From assembly GCA_002421785.1 (NCBI GenBank), contig DIRZ01000002.1, forward strand, positions 210,001-242,000: a stretch of 32,000 bases of DNA, read 5' to 3'. Source of the stretch: Candidatus Saccharimonadota bacterium (GTDB lineage: Bacteria; Patescibacteriota; Saccharimonadia; Saccharimonadales; Saccharimonadaceae). Under the pieces are notes generated by a model. It was given only the letters and a program-made list of their open reading frames with translations. It made no database searches and was not told the origin of the DNA. The translations under genes were made by a program, and so were the position numbers. Positions 31,627 to 32,000 of the stretch are shown here, one piece after another (the stretch's first letter is position 1; the number at the start of each line of letters is the position of its first letter).

Positions 31627-31675
31627 ATAGCTATTATGCACAATTGCTTACGGTTTGGAAACACTTATGCATAAT

Positions 31676-31701
31676 AATAACCCCCGCGAACGAGGGTTAT
31701 T
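31676..31701 (-). terminator. Hairpin (AATAACCC-10 nt loop-GGGTTATT) downstream of the partial upstream gene
   Basis: Eight-bp inverted arms lie at 31676-31683 and 31694-31701. On the minus strand the hairpin is followed by AUUAUUAU. It separates the partial ORF from the VirB6-like gene promoter. Confidence 0.45.
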
Positions 31702-31722
31702 AAAAGGCTGGGACCTACTAAA

Positions 31723-32000
31723 CTATTGATTGAGTAACTGAGCGTCAAGGGTTGTGAACGTATCGAGGTTCCACTTACCATCAACGACGGTTAGTTCTCC
31801 CTGAAACCTAAATAGATTGTTAAAGTCCTTAGGAAGTCCGGCATTCGTTCGCGACTCTGCAACGCCTGGAGACACCGAGCCGGCGTTGTCTGCCATAGTT
31901 ATACCAAAGGCGGTATCAGCTGCGTAGCCTGCGTCGGTAGGTTCTTTGCCATTATCGACGACTGTTTGATCTACCAGCTTAACATCTACAATAATGTCGG
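31723..32000 (-). CDS. 3' end of an unidentified minus-strand CDS running off the window
   Basis: My own translation is open for 92 codons from the window edge to a TAG at 31723-31725. It reads ...DIIVDVKLVDQTVVDNGKEPTDAGYAADTAFGITMADNAGSVSPGVAESRTNAGLPKDFNNLFRFQGELTVVDGKWNLDTFTTLDAQLLNQ*. It is not in the ORF track because no start codon at least 60 aa upstream lies in the window. Confidence 0.5.
   Translation of the reverse strand, partial: DIIVDVKLVDQTVVDNGKEPTDAGYAADTAFGITMADNAGSVSPGVAESRTNAGLPKDFNNLFRFQGELTVVDGKWNLDTFTTLDAQLLNQ

Noticed and set aside
19156-31641. The idea that the T4SS block is an integrated conjugative or mobile element.
   Set aside because: No integrase, relaxase, transposase, tRNA target or flanking direct repeats are visible in the window. 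I did not see an obvious compositional break by eye, but I could not compute one. Mobility therefore stays unproven rather than called.
1-32000. A search for CRISPR arrays, tRNA or rRNA genes and tandem repeats.
   Set aside because: No intergenic region exceeds about 275 bp, and none shows regularly spaced direct repeats or cloverleaf-compatible sequence. Nothing could be supported.

Overview
The window covers a chromosomal replication-origin region with two accessory-looking blocks on either side. The centre (13.1-19.2 kb) is the classic origin core. jag, yidC, rnpA and rpmH lie on the minus strand, and rpmH is missing from the ORF track. A cluster of perfect DnaA boxes follows, then dnaA-dnaN-recF on the plus strand. 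The left block (1-13.1 kb) is a cell-surface glycan locus built on the GDP-D-rhamnose logic. It holds gmd, two tandem Rmd-like reductase paralogs, a PMI-type cupin, two GT4 glycosyltransferases and a coiled-coil SAM methyltransferase. It also holds a Wzm/Wzt ABC exporter whose ATPase has a C-terminal beta-rich extension, and a GtrB/GtrA pair. A translationally coupled sucCD pair interrupts this locus. The right block (19.2-31.6 kb) is one tightly packed eight-gene minus-strand operon encoding a monoderm-type, type IV secretion-like machine. Its products are a VirB6-like polytopic protein, an extended PrgI/VirB3-like protein, a stand-alone VirB4-N-domain-like protein and a VirB4 ATPase. These are followed by a membrane protein with a C-terminal M23 peptidase, a secreted lysozyme+amidase+NlpC/P60 hydrolase, and two bitopic proteins. 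No relaxase, coupling ATPase, integrase, tRNA, CRISPR array or transposase is visible. Several operon-leading genes have good sigma70-like -10 boxes only 6-10 nt upstream of the start codon, which suggests leaderless mRNAs. The short YidC, yidC-jag linkage and Gram-positive-style T4SS parts suggest a monoderm, possibly reduced-genome (Patescibacteria/Saccharibacteria-like) organism. That taxonomic call is inference only. All homology calls come from reading motifs by eye, because no searches could be run.
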